This document shows, piece by piece, positions 57,313-64,000 of a DNA stretch of 64,000 nucleotides (the first letter of the stretch is position 1; each line of letters starts with the position of its first letter). Made by a program: the position numbers and the translations under genes. Location: positions 4,650,001-4,714,000 of the forward strand of contig NC_043003.1 of assembly GCF_006345805.1 (NCBI RefSeq), given 5' to 3'. The DNA is from Octopus sinensis. Taxonomy: Eukaryota. The notes under the pieces are model-generated. The model was not told the origin of the DNA, did no database searches, and was given only the letters and a program-made list of their open reading frames with translations.

Positions 57313-57870
57313 GTATGTATATATCTAGTGTGTATATATATAAATATATATACATATATATATATGTATATATATATGTATGTATATATCTATGTGTGTA
57401 TATATATAAATATATATACATATATATGTATATATATTGTGTGTGTATGTATGTATATATATGTATATATATAATATATATATCTAAACTATATATATAA
57501 ATATATATATGTGGGTGTGTGTATGTATATATATATGTAATATATATAATATATATAATATATATATTAACATATATATATATATATAACATATATATAT
57601 AAATATATATATGTGTGTGTATGTATGTATCTATATGTATATATATCAACATATATATTCTATATGTCTATGTATATGGTGTGTATGTATATATAGGTAT
57701 ATATATAACCTATATATATATATGTGTATGTATGTATATATAGGTATATGTATAACATCTATATATATATATGTGTGTGTATGTATTCTATATAGGTATA
57801 TGTATAACATCTATATATATATATGTGTGTGTGTATGTATGTATATATGGTATATGTAAAACATATATAT

Positions 57871-57905
<35 letters not shown>

Positions 57906-58575
57906 CTATATATATGCACACCCACACACATTATATATATATATATATATAGGTGTCGTATGGAGCATTTCGGTTCGTCTTTTTGGAAATGAGATTTTGC
58001 CTGTATGCGTGTGTGTGTATTTGCATATGTATGTATGTACGTATATGTTTTGTGTGAGTCTATGTGTGTGTGTGTGTGTGTGTGCGTATGAGTAAGAAGA
58101 TACAAGGTGATGGTCGGTTGGGTTTTGATGGATATTCGTACATGTTTAAACAGATAGCTTTTATATACAGATCTGCGACTGTATGTGTTTATGTATGTTT
58201 CTGTGTGGAAGTATATGTGAGTTTACGCGTGTGCATTCGTGCGTGTTTGTGCTTGTGTGTGTGTGTGTTTGTATGTGTGTATGTGTGTGTGTGTTTGTAA
58301 CACAGACAGATGTAATGTGATGACTACGGATAGCTGAAGTAGACATGAACTGTATCAATATATTTGAAACAATACTCTGCTACGTATATCGAGAACCTTT
58401 GCTCTGTTTGTACACTCGAAGACACTCAGATATACATACACACACACAAGCACACTTGCACACAAATATATCCATATACACACACACACATCTGTTTTCG
58501 TGTTTAAATGCTTGTATCACTTACGCAGGCATATCTGTACATATGTTTGTTCAGAAAATGAAAGAAAACTGAAAT

Positions 58576-58638
<63 letters not shown>

Positions 58639-58660
58639 GAGAGAGAGGGAGAGTGTGTGT

Positions 58661-58698
<38 letters not shown>

Positions 58699-59020
58699 AG
58701 AGAGGCGGGGGAGAAATAGGAACAATAAATTTCTACAAAACAATGAAAAACGAGAAAGAAGAGAAAAGAGAAGACAAAATTTTTTTCCAAAGACAAGCAA
58801 TAAAATCCTTAGCGAAAAATTGAAGAAAAAGCTAAGAATGTTGTAAGGTAATAAAGTGATGTAGATAGATACAGGGTAGACATAGAGGAGGATGTAGAAT
58901 ACGAAGAGAAATATGTGTTTTGGAGCCGGTATAAAACTGTACGGGAAATAAGTTGGGTTGGAAGTGAAACGAAATAACCATTTAAGAATGAGATTAAGAA
59001 TGTGATAATGGAAGCCGGGA

Positions 59021-59068
<48 letters not shown>

Positions 59069-59815
59069 AGGTAAAAAGCGATTTAGTAAATTGTAAAAGA
59101 AGATATGTGAAGGTAAATTTATATCTGATGATGTAAAATAATTTTGAAGTGGAGTGATTGGGTGTAGAAGGGGAGAAAGAGAGTGAGAGATATTGTAGAG
59201 GAATAGAGGGTAGGGACAAGGGAATGAGAGAGGGGAAGAGAGAGAGACTGGGTGGGAGGAGAAGATCATGACATATAAGAGGAGGATGAGAAGGTGTGTA
59301 TGTGTGAGAGAGAATGATGGAGAGAGAGAGATAGAAACTCGAGGGAAGAATGAAAGAGTTAGGGAGAGAAAGAAACAGTGATGGCCAGCACAGTGAGAGA
59401 GAGAGGGAGAAAGAGAAGAGAGAGAGAGAGAGATACAAGCACAGAGAGAGAGAGATACAAGCACAGAGAGAGAGAGAAAATGAGAGGGTTGAATGTGTAT
59501 AGAAGCTGATAATGGTAAAAAGTGACGGGAGAGTAATCAAGGGAGATAAATCAATGTAAGTATATAAAAAATGGAGAAAACAACGAAGAAAAATCTTAAC
59601 CCAAATAAATTTAAAAAACAATTCTGAAAAATATGTGGAATAAAACAAGAAAAAAAAATATAAAGAACAAAATATCGGCGGAAATAGGAGTAAAAAAAAA
59701 GTGTGATGGAAGAAAAGATGAGGAAAAAAAAGATGTTTATTAGAGAGAAAAGAGAGGAGAGAAACCGAAATGATTATTGGCAGTAAATAGTTATGTGGAG
59801 GAGTACAACATGTGT

Positions 59816-59846
<31 letters not shown>

Positions 59847-59889
59847 AGTGTGCGTAATTGTTCATGTACGTATGTGTGTCTGTGTATGC

Positions 59890-60972
59890 ACATATAATAT
59901 ATACACCATATATAATATATACACTATATAATATATAAATAATATACACACTATATAAAATATACATAATATATACACTATATAATATAAACATAATATA
60001 TACACTATATAATATATACATAATATATACACTATATAATATATACATAATATATACACTATATATATAATATATACATATATATACACTATAATATAAA
60101 CATAATATATACACTATATAATATAAACATAATATATACACTATATAATATATACATAATATATACACTATATAATATATACATAATATATACACTATAT
60201 AATATAAACATAATATATACACTATATAATATAAACATAATATATACACTATATAATATATACATAATATATACACTATATAATATATACATAATATATA
60301 CACTATATAATATAAACATAATATATACACTATATAATATAAACATAATATATACACTATATAATATATACATAATATTACACTATATAATATATAAATA
60401 ATATATACACTATATATATAAACATAATATATACACTATATATATAAACATAATATATACACTATATAATATATACATAATATAACACTATATAATATAT
60501 ACATAATATATACACTATATAATATACACATAATATATACACTATATAATATAAACATATATATACACTATATATATATACAATAATATATACACTATAT
60601 AATATATACATAATATATACACTATATAAAATATAAAATAATATATACACTATATAATATATACATAATATATACACTATATAATATAAACATAATATAT
60701 ACACTATATAATATAAACATAATATATACACTATATAATATATACATAATATATACACTATATAAAATATACATAATATATACACTATATAAAATATACA
60801 TAATATATACACTATATAAAATATACATAATATATACACTATATAATATAAACATAATATATACACTATATAATATATACATTATATATACACTATATAA
60901 TATATACATTATATATACACTATATAATATATACACTATATGATATATACATAATATATACACTATATAATA
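59890..60972. repeat. 27-bp minisatellite, about 40 units
   Basis: Unit tatataatata(t/a)acataatatatacac; the 9-aa periodicity in the ORF track agrees. Confidence 0.95.
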
Positions 60973-61842
60973 TTGTTTCTTTCTACCAAATCAAGTCATG
61001 TATAAATAGGATGTATACATATGAGCATGTTTGTGTGTGTGTGTGTGTGTGTTGTGTGTGTGTGTGTGCGTGTGTGTGTGCGCATATGTGTGTGTGTGTA
61101 CGCGTGTAGGTATGTATACACACACTCGAATGAGAAACCTCTCATTAGCTACCTGTTTATACAAATCGCACAAAGATATACACGCTTACGTAGGCTGGCA
61201 GGCACACACACACACACACATACATGTACATTCACATGCATACACGAATACACACGCATGTGCACACAGATGCACACACAGAAGGACCGAAGACGATTTG
61301 CTTCCATCCGTTCGTTGCTGATCCTCCTCCAATGTCCCTGCGTTCCATCTGACTAAAAATCGTTTTGATACTCTTAAGCAAGTTCTGGGTTCTTCTACCC
61401 TGCTCCCTAGAAAAGTATCATACTCCGTTAATGCAGCTTCACCCAATGGATGCCAAATGTAGCTGGAATTTCCCTGTAGAGTTTTGCACAGCCCAGTTCC
61501 TTTCAAGAATGACTGGAGACCAAAGGAATCTCACAGAAACTTGTTTGCACTCTCTACCCTCCGGATATTCCATTTCTTGCTCTTGTACTCAGCATAAGAA
61601 CCTTGGTAAAAATCTATTTTGACAACATCACACCTCCAGCTTTCCTGTTAAAACGTTGTTTCTAGTGGCAGCGAGTCCTTGTTTCATATAGATCTCAATG
61701 TGATTTGTAACAGAACAAAATTTATGCAAACAACACTCACACGTGTTTATATGCATACATATTATATCCATCCATCTATCTATTTATCCATCCATCCATC
61801 TATCTATTTATCCATCCATCCATCCGTCCGTCCGTCCATCCG

Positions 61843-61909
<67 letters not shown>

Positions 61910-62208
61910 CACCATATGTATTTTCCTTTTATTCCCACTCCAGAGTTGGATCTACGGTTGAAACCGTATTTGGTACTTACATACCCACAACATCCTATCA
62001 GCCCTTGAATCCTTCAATGCTGTTTTGCCTCAATGTGAGCTCTATGTTTACGTACCTAGCCATTTCTGGCGTTCTGCGGGATGATGTGCCTAGTTCCAAT
62101 TGAATCCTTAAAACTAGCTTTACATGTATATACACGAACACACGCATACACAAACAAACACACACACACCACACTGAAACATATGTTCTCACATGTATAT
62201 ACATATAT

Positions 62209-62545
62209 TCGGAGACCCCCTTCGGTCACGACACAGACCTTGGGATTGCACCTAGAAAGTTACCCTCCCAGACACAAGTCCGGGCGAGGTTGTTTATAGA
62301 AGACCAGCAGTCGCCCATGCATACCAGCCTCTCCTCTCCACGCCACCAGTGTTATCCAAGGGAAAGGCAAAGGTCGATACAACTTGGCACCAGTGACGTC
62401 GCAACTCATTTCTACAGCTGAGTGAACTGGAGCAACGTGAAATAAAGTGCCTTGCTCGAGAACACAACACGCAGCCCGGTCCGGGATTCGAGCTCACAAC
62501 TCACGATCGTAAGCTCGACGCTCTAACCACTGAGCCATGCGCCTT
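62209..62545 (-). mobile_element. tRNA-headed SINE family E (head related to family C, different tail)
   Basis: Minus strand ggcgcatggctcagtggttagagcgtc...tcgaatcccggaccgggctgcgtgttgtgttctcgagcaaggcactttatttcacg. Confidence 0.85.
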
Positions 62546-62548
62546 CAC

Positions 62549-62580
<32 letters not shown>

Positions 62581-62621
62581 ATATATATATATATATACTA
62601 TATATAATATATATATAATAT

Positions 62622-62691
<70 letters not shown>

Positions 62692-63325
62692 CACACAGAG
62701 ATTGGCACACGTAAATTGCTAAATACAAACTAACGTATCAACCACTTCAGTGTATTTACGTTAGAACATCTAAAACAACGTCTAATTAATACTTTTAACA
62801 GTTCATTAATTGACTGATAAATATAAATTATTAATTTGAGAATTGGTGTAAATCCGAGCAAGCTATTTAAGTAGTTATGAAAATAATAATCAATGTGTTT
62901 ATTGAAGTATACAAGAAAGGATTTTCTGGAGGCAAAAAAGCATGCGATACTCCAACAGATTTAAATCTTTGAAGCTTTTACATTCTTCAAAAAGTTGTCT
63001 ATAACGAAGTCGTTCTATTGTTTGTGTGTGACCTGCTGAATAGAGTAACGATAATTATACGTATTTTAATGGATGTAGACAGATGGAATAATAACTGGCA
63101 CTTGGGGCCCCGTTCAATACATAATATTATAGAATCTAGATAACAATATTCGATTAACGTATGTCGGCAGTAGGTTATATAATGTTGGTGTAGATAAAAA
63201 TCATAATCTTTCCCAACATTGCCTGCTTAAAGTGATGCGGGAAAAACCTGCATATCTCTGCAACAGTAATGAGTTATCTCCGTTGATCTAGTTTTTTTTT
63301 CTTTTCTTTTTTACATCTATTCTCG

Positions 63326-63719
63326 TTTACTCTTTTACTCTTTTACTTGTTTCAGTCATGTGACTGTGGCCATGCTGGAGCATCGCCTTTAGTCGAGCAA
63401 ATCGACCCCAGGACTTATTCTTTGTAAGCCTAGTACTTATTCTATCGGTCTCTATTGACGAACCGCTAAGCTCCGGGGACGTAAACACACCAGCATCGGT
63501 TGTCAAGCGATGCTGGGGAGGGGGAACACAGACACACAAATACAGACACATATATATACATATATACGACGGGCTTCTTTCAGTTTCCGTCTACCAAATC
63601 CACTCAAAAGGCTTTGGTCGGCCCGAGGCTATCGTAGAAGACACTTGCCCAAGGTGCCACGCAGTGGGACTGAACCCGGAACCATGTGGTTCGTAAGCCT
63701 AGCTACTTACCACACAGTC
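63326..63719 (-). mobile_element. Family-A SINE
   Basis: Reverse-complement match to 10113-10520. Confidence 0.9.
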
Positions 63720-64000
63720 AGGTAATATTACTATGATGCTTATGTTAAGGGGGATTGATAGAAATGAAGGGACAGCTATTTCTCTTTATTTCTAGCCATG
63801 CATTCTTCGTGCGTGTCTCACATTCTCTGTCTGGAAATTTTTCACTATGCCAGCTGGACAGAGTTAGGAACACGTGTGAGATAATGAGAAACAAAATAGT
63901 TACATTAAAAACAGACTGCAAGAGACAGACAAACAAAGAGTTTGACATTAGACAAACGTACTACCGCCATCATTATCATCGGTCTTCTTGTCAATCTCCA

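Noticed and set aside
58850-59790. Long purine-skewed tracts (also 820-1060, 2100-2310, 36030-36430) giving long Leu/Ser ORFs
   Set aside because: Consistent with decayed (GA)n low-complexity sequence.
59890-60972. Regular repeat array superficially like CRISPR
   Set aside because: No unique spacers, no cas genes, eukaryotic context.
61290-61690. Complex sequence with short ORFs, possible exon or LINE endonuclease piece (WNAGTL)
   Set aside because: No sustained similarity I can recognise and no convincing splice boundaries.

Overview
Eukaryotic, AT-rich and extremely microsatellite-dense DNA: (TA)n, (CA)n, (ATGT)n, (GA)n, (AAT)n. The SINE families resemble those of octopus/cephalopods (inference). 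I see no credible host protein-coding exon; almost all listed ORFs are translated microsatellites. The informative content is a mobile-element graveyard: several tRNA-headed SINE families, RTE-clade and Dong/R4-like LINE remnants, mariner and maT-like (DD37D) transposase remnants, Helitron/Helentron-like non-autonomous elements, a 27-bp minisatellite and two near-identical tandem duplications of about 1 and 1.75 kb. The most interesting signal is about a dozen type I hammerhead-ribozyme motifs in short Penelope-like terminal repeats, most abutting microsatellites. They include a family with a fixed non-canonical core (CUGU-R-GA), families with long stem II insertions and palindromic stem III, and an inverted pseudo-LTR hairpin beside a decayed Penelope-type GIY-YIG endonuclease. 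All calls were made by eye and boundaries are approximate.
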